Assembly (NCBI GenBank): GCA_034419075.1
Contig: DAOULR010000025.1
Location: 9,065 to 73,064, forward strand
From: Dehalococcoidales bacterium
Lineage (GTDB): Bacteria > Chloroflexota > Dehalococcoidia > Dehalococcoidales > BS750m-G39
Direction: 5' to 3'
DNA: 64,000 nucleotides
Shown here one piece after another: positions 35,261 to 44,089 of this stretch. The notes beneath the pieces are model-generated. The model saw nothing but the letters and a program-made list of their open reading frames with translations. It did no database searches and was not told the origin of the DNA. The translations under genes were made by a program, and so were the position numbers. Every line of letters starts with the position of its first letter. Position 1 is the first letter of the stretch.

Positions 35261-36010
35261 ATGGCTGAAGAGTTTCTGGTGGCTAAAGACCTGCACAAGA
35301 GCTTTAACGAACACAAAGCCGTCGACGGCGTTTCTTTCACTATACACAAGGGGGAAATCTTCGGCCTGCTGGGCCCCAACGGCGCGGGCAAGACGACGAC
35401 GATACGCATGCTTTCCACCGTCCTCGAGCCCGATAAGGGCGACGTCACCATCGGCGGGCATTCCATAAAGCACGACGCCGACTCCGTGCGCGCCCTCATC
35501 GGGGTTTGCCCCCAGGAGCTGGCCCTCTACGAAGACCTCTCCGCTCTGGAGAACATGGTATTCTTCGGGCGGATGGTGGGCCTAAACGGCAAGGAATCCA
35601 AAGGGCAGGCGATGAAGCACCTGAAGATGATGGGGCTGGAGAAGAGGGCCAAGGGCAAGATAGCCAAGTTCTCCGGAGGCATGAAGCGTCGCATCAACCT
35701 GGCCATTGCCCTCATGGGCCATCCCCAGCTTCTCTTCCTGGACGAGCCGACGGTGGGCATCGACCCCCAGTCGCGGAACAACATCTACGAGACCATCGAG
35801 GGGTTGCGGGACGGGGGTATGACCATTCTCTACACAACGCACTATATGGAGGAGGCCAACCGCCTCTGCGACCGCGTGGCTATTATCGACGGCGGGAAGA
35901 TAATCGCCCTCGACACCCCGCATAATCTGAAGAAAAAGATAGGACCGCCGGACAAGGTGACCCTGGAGGACGTCTTCCTGAACCTGACCGGACGCAGCCT
36001 CCGCGATTAG
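35261..36010 (+). CDS. ABC transporter ATP-binding protein (ABC-2 / DrrA-like)
   Basis: Walker A GPNGAGKTT, signature FSGGMKRR, Walker B LLFLDEPT. Confidence 0.9.
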   Translation: MAEEFLVAKDLHKSFNEHKAVDGVSFTIHKGEIFGLLGPNGAGKTTTIRMLSTVLEPDKGDVTIGGHSIKHDADSVRALIGVCPQELALYEDLSALENMVFFGRMVGLNGKESKGQAMKHLKMMGLEKRAKGKIAKFSGGMKRRINLAIALMGHPQLLFLDEPTVGIDPQSRNNIYETIEGLRDGGMTILYTTHYMEEANRLCDRVAIIDGGKIIALDTPHNLKKKIGPPDKVTLEDVFLNLTGRSLRD

Positions 36011-36012
36011 AT

Positions 36013-37194
36013 ATGAACAGAGCCTTTACCGTCGCCTTAAGGGAAGTCCGCACCTACCTGAGGGACAAGGGTGACCTTGCCTTCAGCCTGCTCCTGCCCA
36101 TAATCCTCTTCGCTCTGATGTACGGTGCCTTTGGCGGGTCAACGCTGTTCCATGGCACCGCCAATGTGGTCAACGAGGACGAGGGAGGCGTTTATTCTAC
36201 CGTGCTTTTAGAGCAGCTTGAGGCAATCGACAGCCTAGATGTCAAGCTGCTTAGCGCCGAGGACGCCGACCAGAAGCTGGAGGACTCCAACCTGCTCATG
36301 GTCATTTATATTCCCGAGGACTTCTCGTCCAACCTGGCCGCAGGCGAGCCGACGCAGCTGGTATTTAAGCAGCGGGGCAACGGCGGAGACGAGGGGCAGA
36401 TAGTAGCCAGCATAGTGCGCGGCGTCGCCGAGCAGATGAACCTGGAGTTCCAGGTCTACAACCAAGTAAACAGCGCCCTGGCGGGGATAGATATCTCCCC
36501 GGAGAGCATTAACACCACCGTGCAGCAATACCTAGACCAGGAGCGAACAAGTCCCGCCGTCGTCGTCAACGAGCAGACAGTGGGCACTGCCATCGACCCC
36601 GTCCAGATGTTTTTGCCCGGCATCGTTACCATGTTCGTCCTCTTTGCCATAACCTTAAGCGCCCGCGCCATCGTCGAGGAGCGTAGGAAGGGGACGCTGG
36701 AAAGGCTATTGACCACCCGCCTGACGGTGGGACAGCTTTTCGCGGGCAAGTTCCTGGCCAATGTTTCCCGCGGCTTCGTGCAGACGTTAATCCTGTTGGT
36801 ACTGGCCTACGCCGTCTTCCAGATTTTTACTCCTCTCACCTTTATCGAGTGCCTGGTCATCGCCCTCATTTTTGCTGCCGCCGCCAGCGCCCTGGGGATG
36901 GTCATCGCCGCCATCGCCCGTAGCGAGGACAGCGCCACTTGGATTGCCGTCTTCTTTACCATGGTCATGGTCATGCTGGGCGGCACCTTCTTCGAAATCA
37001 GCGAGGGCTCGGTACTCTATAGTATCAGCCAGTTCTCCATCAACACCTACGCCAACAGCGCTTTTAAGACGATAATCGCCGAGGGAGGCTCGCTGGCCAA
37101 CCTGGGTCTGGAGCTGGGGGTAATGGCGGGGGTGGCTGTGGTCGGGCTTATCTTGAGCCGAATTCTGTTTAAGGTTATGCCCGGAGGCAAATAG
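36013..37194 (+). CDS. ABC-2 type transporter permease
   Basis: 393 aa. N-terminal TM, about 150-aa extracytoplasmic loop, then 5 TM. The EERRKGTLERLLTTRL motif is typical of ABC-2 permeases. Confidence 0.8.
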   Translation: MNRAFTVALREVRTYLRDKGDLAFSLLLPIILFALMYGAFGGSTLFHGTANVVNEDEGGVYSTVLLEQLEAIDSLDVKLLSAEDADQKLEDSNLLMVIYIPEDFSSNLAAGEPTQLVFKQRGNGGDEGQIVASIVRGVAEQMNLEFQVYNQVNSALAGIDISPESINTTVQQYLDQERTSPAVVVNEQTVGTAIDPVQMFLPGIVTMFVLFAITLSARAIVEERRKGTLERLLTTRLTVGQLFAGKFLANVSRGFVQTLILLVLAYAVFQIFTPLTFIECLVIALIFAAAASALGMVIAAIARSEDSATWIAVFFTMVMVMLGGTFFEISEGSVLYSISQFSINTYANSAFKTIIAEGGSLANLGLELGVMAGVAVVGLILSRILFKVMPGGK

Positions 37195-37200
37195 GCAATA

Positions 37201-38424
37201 ATGAAACAGCTGAGGCATATATGGTTCATCGCCCTTAAAGACCTGCGGCTTTTCGCCACCGACCGCGGGGCGCTGTTCTTCTTTATATTGTTCCCCTTCC
37301 TCTTCATCGCCCTTTTCACCTTTATGAATATCGGCGCTGTCGAGGATACCAAGCTACAAATTCATATCGTCAGCGAGGAGGCGGAGGGGGGCTTTAGCTA
37401 CCAGATAATCGACGCCCTGGAGAGCGCCGGCAACGTGGAGATAATCATCATGGACTACGACCAAGCCTACCAGGCCGTCGAGGATGAGGAGATAAGTGGC
37501 TTTGTCGCCTTCCCCGCCGACTTCACCGCGGGGATTATGAGCGGGGAGGGCACTCAGCTTGAGGTGGTGACCGACGCCGAAGCCATCCAAGACAGGGCGG
37601 CGCTATCGGGCCTAAGCCAGTCCATTGCCTCACAGGTCAGCTCGGTGAAGATTATTGTCTCCAGCCTGGAGCAGCTGAAAGAGCAGGAACCGCTCAGTCC
37701 TGAAGATAAGGCTAGTATTGAGCAGGCTATCGGGCAGGTTATCCAGCAAGCCCTTTCCGGGCAGGGAGTTGGCACTCAAGCCTTTATCGAAAACGTTACG
37801 GAGAAGGTGGGTGATGTGGAGGAGCAGAGCGCGGCCAACTGGGTCATTCCCGGCTATCTGGTGATGTTCGTCTTCTTCGGCGCTGCCGTCGGCGCCGAGG
37901 CCATCGTCCGCGAGCGCCAGAACCATACCCTGGAACGGTTGCTGAGTAGCTCGGTGAGGCGGGAGGCTATACTGGGAGGCATCTTCACCGGCACCGCAGC
38001 CAAGGGGTTAATACAGGTATTGCTCTTCTGGGTGGTCGGCCTTCTCGCCTTCAACCTGGACCTGGGGAACTCGCCGGCGGCGGTAATCATTCTTTCTGTC
38101 CTGATGGTGCTTGTGTCCGCCGCCTTCTCCATAATGCTGGCGACGCTGGTCAAGACCCAGCGCAGCGCCGGTTCTATCGCCGTGCTGGCTTCGCTGGTGT
38201 TGGCGCCGCTGGGCGGCTGCTGGTGGCCCCTGTTCATCCTGCCCCAGTGGATGCAAGCCCTGGCCAAGATAACCCCGCACGGTTGGGCGACCACGGGCTT
38301 CAACAAGCTGATGCTCTTCGGTGCTGGCTTCGGCGCCGTCGTCCCCGAGATGCTAGTATTGTTAGGCTTTGCCGCCCTTTTCAGTGCCATCGCCGTATGG
38401 CGCTTCCGCACCAGCGCCGCTTAA
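37201..38424 (+). CDS. ABC-2 type transporter permease (second subunit)
   Basis: 407 aa with the same architecture as the previous gene. RERQNHTLERLLSS motif. Confidence 0.8.
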   Translation: MKQLRHIWFIALKDLRLFATDRGALFFFILFPFLFIALFTFMNIGAVEDTKLQIHIVSEEAEGGFSYQIIDALESAGNVEIIIMDYDQAYQAVEDEEISGFVAFPADFTAGIMSGEGTQLEVVTDAEAIQDRAALSGLSQSIASQVSSVKIIVSSLEQLKEQEPLSPEDKASIEQAIGQVIQQALSGQGVGTQAFIENVTEKVGDVEEQSAANWVIPGYLVMFVFFGAAVGAEAIVRERQNHTLERLLSSSVRREAILGGIFTGTAAKGLIQVLLFWVVGLLAFNLDLGNSPAAVIILSVLMVLVSAAFSIMLATLVKTQRSAGSIAVLASLVLAPLGGCWWPLFILPQWMQALAKITPHGWATTGFNKLMLFGAGFGAVVPEMLVLLGFAALFSAIAVWRFRTSAA

Positions 38425-38493
38425 GAGACGACAACCCCCCGCATATGGTAGACTGTATATAATCTCATCACATCTCGCGGAAGAGGTCTCGTT

Positions 38494-38970
38494 ATGAGCC
38501 TGGAGCAGGAAATCGGAGATTTGCTCCGACGGAATGGGCTGACGCTGGGGGCAGTGGAGTCAGCCACGGGCGGGCTGATATCCCACCGCATCACCAATGT
38601 CCCCGGCAGCTCGGATTACTATAAAGGCTCGGTTACCGCCTACAGCAACGAGGTCAAGAGCGGGGTGGTGGGGGTGGGCGAGGATACCCTGATTCAGTAC
38701 GGCGCCGTAAGCCCCCAAGTAGCCGAGGAGATGGCCGAGGGCGGTAAGCTGCTGCTGGGCGTCGATATCTGTATCGCCGATACGGGTATCGCGGGTCCAA
38801 GCGGAGCCACGGCGGATAAAGAGGTAGGGCTTTTTTACCTGGGGCTTTCGCACGGCGAGAGCACCTACAGTCGAAAACACCAGTTTCGGGGCAACCGCGA
38901 GCAAAACAAGCAGAGCGCCGCCGAAGCCGCCCTGCGCTGGCTTAAGGAATATCTGGTGGGCCTGGAATAA
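38494..38970 (+). CDS. pncC: CinA C-terminal domain protein / nicotinamide-nucleotide amidohydrolase PncC
   Basis: 158 aa. AVESATGGLISHRITNVPGSSDYYKGSVTAYSNEVK ... DTGIAGP is the CinA_C signature. Confidence 0.85.
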   Translation: MSLEQEIGDLLRRNGLTLGAVESATGGLISHRITNVPGSSDYYKGSVTAYSNEVKSGVVGVGEDTLIQYGAVSPQVAEEMAEGGKLLLGVDICIADTGIAGPSGATADKEVGLFYLGLSHGESTYSRKHQFRGNREQNKQSAAEAALRWLKEYLVGLE

Positions 38971-38987
38971 ACGCTAGGAGGCTAACG

Positions 38988-39716
38988 ATGAAGCGGACGG
39001 TTTCCATATTGGTCGCCCTGATGCTGCTGGCACTGACCGCGTGGGGGGTGGGGGGTTGCATCGGAGAAGACGTAACCGGTTCCGGCAACCTGACCACCGA
39101 AACATATGATTTCAGGGATTTCAGCCGCATCGAAGCCCACAGTGGCTTCGAGGTGGAGGTGACCATGTCGGGCACCTTCAGCATCGAGATAACCGCCGAC
39201 GATAACATACACGAATACATCGCCGTGGAAAAGTCCGGCGATACGCTGGACATCAGGCTGCGGGGGACCCGCTTCTACAACAACGTAACGCTCGAAGCCA
39301 AGATAACCCTACCCAGCCTCTATTATCTGGAGCTGAGCGGAGGCTCCCAGGCCGACATCAACGGTTTCAGCTCCTCACACGACTTTGACGCTGACCTTTC
39401 GGGGGGCAGCCGTCTCAACGGTGATATAAGCGCTGGTGACGTTGAATTCGAGCTCAGTGGGGGCAGCCAGGTTGAACTGGAGGGTTCGGGCGAGGACCTG
39501 GCTATCGACGGTTCGGGCGGCAGCCGACTCGACCTTGAGGACTTCCCCATCGATGATGCCTATATCGGCTTAAGCGGGGGCAGCCGAGCCACCATCAATA
39601 TCAGCGGCACGCTTAATGCCGAACTCTCCGGAGGCTCCAGGGTGGAATATGTTGGCGAGCCTACGCTGGGCAGTTTAGACCTTTCGGGCGACTCCAAGGT
39701 AGTGAGAAAATACTAA
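38988..39716 (+). CDS. DUF2807 / head-GIN-domain-like lipoprotein (beta-helical repeats)
   Basis: 242 aa with lipobox GVGGC. Seven LSGGSxxxxxG-type repeats (LSGGSQADING, LSGGSRLNGD, LSGGSQVELEG, GSGGSRLDLED, LSGGSRATINI, LSGGSRVEYVG, LSGDSKVV). Confidence 0.7.
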   Translation: MKRTVSILVALMLLALTAWGVGGCIGEDVTGSGNLTTETYDFRDFSRIEAHSGFEVEVTMSGTFSIEITADDNIHEYIAVEKSGDTLDIRLRGTRFYNNVTLEAKITLPSLYYLELSGGSQADINGFSSSHDFDADLSGGSRLNGDISAGDVEFELSGGSQVELEGSGEDLAIDGSGGSRLDLEDFPIDDAYIGLSGGSRATINISGTLNAELSGGSRVEYVGEPTLGSLDLSGDSKVVRKY

Positions 39717-40117
39717 TGCTCCAAGAGAAAAAGGTCGTCACCTGCTTCCTGGAATCGGGGGGCGAGATGTTAATCTTACGCCGCAGCGGTGAGGTGGGCA
39801 GCTACCGGGGGAGCTGGGCGGGGGTCAGCGGCTATATCGAGAGCACCGCCGACGAGCAAGCCCTGACCGAGATTGAGGAGGAGACGGGGCTGGGACGGGG
39901 GGAAGTAGAACTGCTCAAGAAGGGCGAGCTGCTGGATGTTGTGGACGAGGGGCTGGAAACAAGGTGGGTGGTCCACCCCTACCTTTTCCGCATAAAGGAC
40001 CGGGATAAAATCAGGATTGACTGGGAGCACAAAGAGGCAAGGTGGATAAAACCTGAAGATATAGTCAACTACCAGACCGTGCCCAAGCTCAAGGAGGCGC
40101 TGTCGCGGGTATTATAG
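39716..40117 (+). CDS. NUDIX hydrolase
   Basis: 133 aa. GVSGYIESTADEQALTEIEEETGL approximates the Nudix box GX5EX7REUXEEXGU. TAATG overlap with the upstream gene. Confidence 0.75.
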   Translation: MLQEKKVVTCFLESGGEMLILRRSGEVGSYRGSWAGVSGYIESTADEQALTEIEEETGLGRGEVELLKKGELLDVVDEGLETRWVVHPYLFRIKDRDKIRIDWEHKEARWIKPEDIVNYQTVPKLKEALSRVL

Positions 40118-40131
40118 CCAAGGAGGCAAAG

Positions 40132-40581
40132 ATGTCGAAGTCAATAGTTAAAGCGGCCTGTGGGCTGCTCATCCTGCTCGTTGTCATTGTCGGCTCAGTG
40201 TCCTGTGGCGCAATGTCGGAACCGGATTACGCCAACGCCATAGCCGAGAGCGCCCTGCAGAGCATGAACCAATGTGATTACGCGGCGCACGCGGCGCTAT
40301 ACACCCCCGAAGCCCAAGCCACCTTCACCGAGGATATCTTTGACACAACCTGCCAGCAAATAAAAGCCATCATCGGCGACTATATCGATAAGGAATTCTG
40401 GAGGGCGCAAACCCAAGACAGCTACATCGTTGTTGACTATCTAGCTAATTTTAGCGAGGAGCCAGAGGATGTCACCGTCAGCATTTACTTCGAAGAGATA
40501 GACGGGGAAATGTATATCGCTGGTTTCTGGCTCGATTCCCCCAAGCTACGCGAGGCGTCAGGGGCTACTACCGAAGAGTAG
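40132..40581 (+). CDS. Hypothetical lipoprotein
   Basis: 149 aa. Signal peptide with lipobox VGSVSC. No family recognised. Confidence 0.55.
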   Translation: MSKSIVKAACGLLILLVVIVGSVSCGAMSEPDYANAIAESALQSMNQCDYAAHAALYTPEAQATFTEDIFDTTCQQIKAIIGDYIDKEFWRAQTQDSYIVVDYLANFSEEPEDVTVSIYFEEIDGEMYIAGFWLDSPKLREASGATTEE

Positions 40582-41490
40582 CCGTCTTATATAAGCGGTG
40601 ACCCCATCGGGCGCCAGCAGCCCGTTTTCGGTGACTATCCCCGTCACCAAGTCGAGAGGGGTAAGGTCGAAATAGGGGTTCTTGACGCTTACTGAAGGCG
40701 GCAGCTTGGCCTTACCGATAACCTCGGCGGGTTCTTTTTCTTCCAGGTCGGCTTCTTCGCCCCTCAGCCTGTGGTCAAACTTTAGCGTCTCGCATAAAAC
40801 ATAGAAGGGCACGGCGGCTTTTTGCGCCGCCAGCGCCAGCGGGTAGGTGCCGACGCCGTTTATAACACCGCCGTCGGCGCAAATACGGTCGGCACCGACC
40901 ATAACCTTATTCGCCGACGAAACGTAGAGCCCCGCCGCCGTGTCGTCGATGAAGGTGACCTTTATGCCCTGGCGGCCCAGCTCCTGAGCGATTTTCTGGC
41001 CGGTGCCGCCGGCACCGGAACGGGTGGCGATGACCTCGATAGTCTTACCCTCGGCGGGCGCCTCACCCAAGACCGCCATCACCGTCGAGCTGTAGCTGTG
41101 GGTTATTATCTTATCGCCATCGGCAATCAACCCCAGACCGCAGCTGGTAATCTCGGCGATGGCCTGCAGCGAGACGCGGGCCAGCTCGTCGGCCTTGCTC
41201 ACCGCCAAGCCCTTGAAATAAGCCACACCTTCGTCCGGTGAGACCTGAGAGAGGGTACCCATGTAACGGTTGACGATGTTGAAGATGGACGCCATCGCCG
41301 GACGGGCTGCCGTCAACCCCTCCCCCACCCCCTTTAGTTCCTCCAGAAACTGCTCAACGCTGTTTGCCTGGCTGTGCTCGGCGGCCACTTTAAGCACCGC
41401 CATCGCCTGCCGCGCCAGTTGGCTGGCGCCCTGAGTCTTATCGTTCCTGATTTCGTCGGTGAGGCGGGTAATTTTGCTTGTTATGTTCAC
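40558..41490 (-). CDS. eIF-2B alpha/beta/delta family protein (ribose-1,5-bisphosphate / methylthioribose-1-phosphate isomerase-like)
   Basis: 310 aa. GDKIITHSYSSTV, VIATRSGAGGTG and VMVGADRICADGGVINGVGTYPLALAA are IF-2B family (PF01008-like) motifs. The short form lacks the MtnA N-terminal extension. Confidence 0.75.
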   Translation of the reverse strand: MNITSKITRLTDEIRNDKTQGASQLARQAMAVLKVAAEHSQANSVEQFLEELKGVGEGLTAARPAMASIFNIVNRYMGTLSQVSPDEGVAYFKGLAVSKADELARVSLQAIAEITSCGLGLIADGDKIITHSYSSTVMAVLGEAPAEGKTIEVIATRSGAGGTGQKIAQELGRQGIKVTFIDDTAAGLYVSSANKVMVGADRICADGGVINGVGTYPLALAAQKAAVPFYVLCETLKFDHRLRGEEADLEEKEPAEVIGKAKLPPSVSVKNPYFDLTPLDLVTGIVTENGLLAPDGVTAYIRRLLFGSSP

Positions 41491-41497
41491 GAAATTA

Positions 41498-41522
41498 TTC
41501 TACCACAGTATAGCTGGTAGAA
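41498..41522. promoter_or_regulatory. Perfect 8-bp inverted repeat just upstream of the eIF-2B-like gene
   Basis: TTCTACCA-N9-TGGTAGAA, 8 nt upstream of the start codon at 41490. Possible operator; function unknown. Confidence 0.25.
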
Positions 41523-41536
41523 AATAGCCCTTTTGG

Positions 41537-41696
41537 CCACTTTCCGTCTCTCAACTTGTCAGCGGAGGTAATTATTGCCCACCCATCCCACCCTACAAGG
41601 GTGGTACCCCTTATACATCCTCCTTATTCGGGGGTGTTTTTAAGAGGGGGTAAAACCCCCTCTTTACCTTAAAGGGCGGTGGGCGGGAATAGATAT
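41537..41696. repeat. Structured intergenic repeat family B (copy 2)
   Basis: cttgtcagcggaggtaattattgcccacccatcccaccctacaagggtgg ... aagagggggtaaaaccccctctt ... gggcggtgggcggg aligns with copies at 54464-54675 and 60208-60383. Confidence 0.7.
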
Positions 41697-41768
41697 AAGA
41701 TGTAGCGGGGAGGATTGTTATTCTCACTTATCAATGCTATACTCTGGCATACCCAGATTCAGGAGACA

Positions 41769-42497
41769 ATGCTTATGAAACGGGCTGACGGGCGTGCCTA
41801 TAACGAACTGAGACCAGTCAAGATAACCCCTGGCGTCCAGAGCTTTGCCGAAGGCTCGGCGCTGATTGAACTGGGCAAGACCCGTGTATTATGCTCGGTC
41901 AGCCTTGACGAGAAGGTGCCGCCCTTCCTCCGTGGCGGGGGCACCGGCTGGATTACCGCCGAATACGGCATGCTGCCCCGGGCTACCGTCACCCGCAGCC
42001 CCCGCGAAGCCGCGCTGGGCCGGGTGGGGGGGCGGAGCCAAGAAATACAGCGCCTCATCGGGCGCTCGCTGCGGGCGGTCACCGACCTGGCCAGCCTGGG
42101 GGAAAGAACGCTAATCGTTGACTGCGATGTGCTGCAGGCCGACGGCGGTACCCGGACGGCGGCTATCACCGGTGCCTATGTCGCCCTGCACCAGGCGCTT
42201 AAAAACCTGGCCAACATGGGGGTAACCGGCTCGATACCGTTGGTAAGCGCTGTCGCCGCCACCAGCGTAGGCATCGTCCACAACCACCAGATGCTGGACC
42301 TCTGCTACGACGAAGACTGCAACGCCGCCGTTGATTTTAACGTGGTCATGACCAGCCGCAAGGAGTTCGTTGAGATACAGGGCACCGCCGAGGGCAAGCC
42401 CTTCTCCAAGGATACCGTTGACTCACTGATGGCGCTGGCCGAGAAGGGCATCGAACAGCTCTTTGAGGTTCAGCAGGCAGCTTTGGAGACGATTTAG
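41769..42497 (+). CDS. rph: Ribonuclease PH
   Basis: RADGRAYNELRPVKITPG...GSALIELGKTRVLC...TAEYGMLPRAT...GGRSQEIQRLIGRSLR...VLQADGGTRTA. The track ORF begins at 41715; the ATG at 41769 or 41775 follows AGGAG. Confidence 0.9.
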   Translation: MLMKRADGRAYNELRPVKITPGVQSFAEGSALIELGKTRVLCSVSLDEKVPPFLRGGGTGWITAEYGMLPRATVTRSPREAALGRVGGRSQEIQRLIGRSLRAVTDLASLGERTLIVDCDVLQADGGTRTAAITGAYVALHQALKNLANMGVTGSIPLVSAVAATSVGIVHNHQMLDLCYDEDCNAAVDFNVVMTSRKEFVEIQGTAEGKPFSKDTVDSLMALAEKGIEQLFEVQQAALETI

Positions 42498-43768
42498 GGC
42501 CTTATCTGCCCGCTACCAAAAATAATCCACTTGTAGCTGGTCAGCTCCCTGACCCCCAGAGGCCCGCGGGCGTGGAACTTTTGGGTGCTGATGCCCACCT
42601 CCGCCCCCAGCCCGAACATAGAGCCATCGGTAAAGCGCGTGCTGGCGTTAACGTAGACGGCGGAGGCATCCACCTCATTAAGGAAGCGCATGGCCGCCCT
42701 GTATTCCTCGGTAAGGATAGCCTCGGAGTGACCCGAGCCGTAGCGCTCGATGTGCTCTAGTGCCTCGTCCAGTGAATCAACCACCTTGATAGCCGCTATC
42801 AGGGCCAGAAACTCCTTGCCCCAATCTTCGGCGGTGGCTACTTTTAGTTTGAGCTTAGCATTGGGTTTAAGGATGGCCATAGCCCGCTTATCGCAGTGCA
42901 TCTCGACGCCGGCTTCAGCCAGTTTCGCCCCCATCTTGGGCAGATAGTTTTGGGCGATGTCGGCGTGGACGAGGACGGTATCCAGGGCGTTACAGACGGT
43001 GGGGCGCTGTACCTTGGCGTTAAAGACGATAGCCACCGCCTTGTCAATATCGGCGCTCTTATCGACATAGGTGTGGCAGACACCAATACCCCCCGCCACC
43101 ACCGGCATGGCGGCGTTCTCCTTGACCAGCTTTATTAAGCCAGCGCCACCGCGCGGTATCATCAGGTCTATATATTCACGCATCTGGAGCATTTCTTTCA
43201 CCAGCTTGCGGTCGGTATTTTCAATTAACCGCACGGCGCCCTCAGGGACGCCAGCTCTAGTCGCCGCAGCTTGGACGACCTTAGCCAGAGCGCTGTTGGA
43301 GTGGATGGCTTCCTTCCCCCCCCTGAGGATGAGGGCGTTGCCTGACTTAAGGCAGAGGGCGGAGATATCTACGGTGACGTTGGGGCGGCTTTCGTAGATG
43401 GCGCCGATGACCCCCAGCGGCACCCGCCTCTTGCCCAGTATTAAGCCATTGGGCAGGGTGCGCATATCAAAGACCTCGCCCACCGGGTCGGGCAGTGCCG
43501 CCACCGAGAGCACGTCGCTAGCGATGGCTTCGAGGCGCTTGGAATCGAGCATGAGTCTATCGAGCATGGCGGTGTTCATCCCCGAATCTTTAGCCTCTTT
43601 GTAGTCGACTTGGTTAGCCGCCAGTATCTCTTTCTGCTTGGACAGGATGTCGGCTGAAATGTTATGTAAAGCTTTGTCCTTGATTTCCGCCGAGAGATAG
43701 GCCATGCGGCGCGAAGCCGCCTTAGCCGCCTTGGCTTTTTCTTCCAATTCCCCTTTGGCTGGTGTCAT
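42494..43768 (-). CDS. proA: Glutamate-5-semialdehyde dehydrogenase
   Basis: 424 aa. GVIGAIYESRPNVTVD, CNALDTVLVH and VNASTRFTDG motifs. Confidence 0.95.
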   Translation of the reverse strand: MTPAKGELEEKAKAAKAASRRMAYLSAEIKDKALHNISADILSKQKEILAANQVDYKEAKDSGMNTAMLDRLMLDSKRLEAIASDVLSVAALPDPVGEVFDMRTLPNGLILGKRRVPLGVIGAIYESRPNVTVDISALCLKSGNALILRGGKEAIHSNSALAKVVQAAATRAGVPEGAVRLIENTDRKLVKEMLQMREYIDLMIPRGGAGLIKLVKENAAMPVVAGGIGVCHTYVDKSADIDKAVAIVFNAKVQRPTVCNALDTVLVHADIAQNYLPKMGAKLAEAGVEMHCDKRAMAILKPNAKLKLKVATAEDWGKEFLALIAAIKVVDSLDEALEHIERYGSGHSEAILTEEYRAAMRFLNEVDASAVYVNASTRFTDGSMFGLGAEVGISTQKFHARGPLGVRELTSYKWIIFGSGQIRP

Positions 43769-43778
43769 TTTGGGCCCC

Positions 43779-44066
43779 CTATTTCGCTGGCTTCTCTAGC
43801 CGCCCGCTGCCCCGGAAATAGTAAGCATATACCGGCGGTACGGTGGGAATCACCCGATTAACCATCTTACGGATATAGCAATCGCCCCTGCGCCCATCCT
43901 CCAGTTCGATTACATAGCCCTCGCCGTCTATAAAGCGCCGATCCTCCTGAGGGGTGAACTCGCCCCGCCAGCCCGCTGGCGTCTCGACATAGAAACGATA
44001 TTTAACTTCGACGGCTTTCTGTTTATTTCCCGGAAAATGTATCTTCCCCAAGCATACTTTAGGCAT
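43779..44066 (-). CDS. Hypothetical 95-aa protein inserted between proB and proA
   Basis: Clean ORF 23 nt after the proB stop and 10 nt before the proA start, on the same strand. No TM or signal peptide and no recognised family. Confidence 0.5.
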   Translation of the reverse strand: MPKVCLGKIHFPGNKQKAVEVKYRFYVETPAGWRGEFTPQEDRRFIDGEGYVIELEDGRRGDCYIRKMVNRVIPTVPPVYAYYFRGSGRLEKPAK

Positions 44067-44089
44067 ATCTCTCTAAACTACCACCATTT

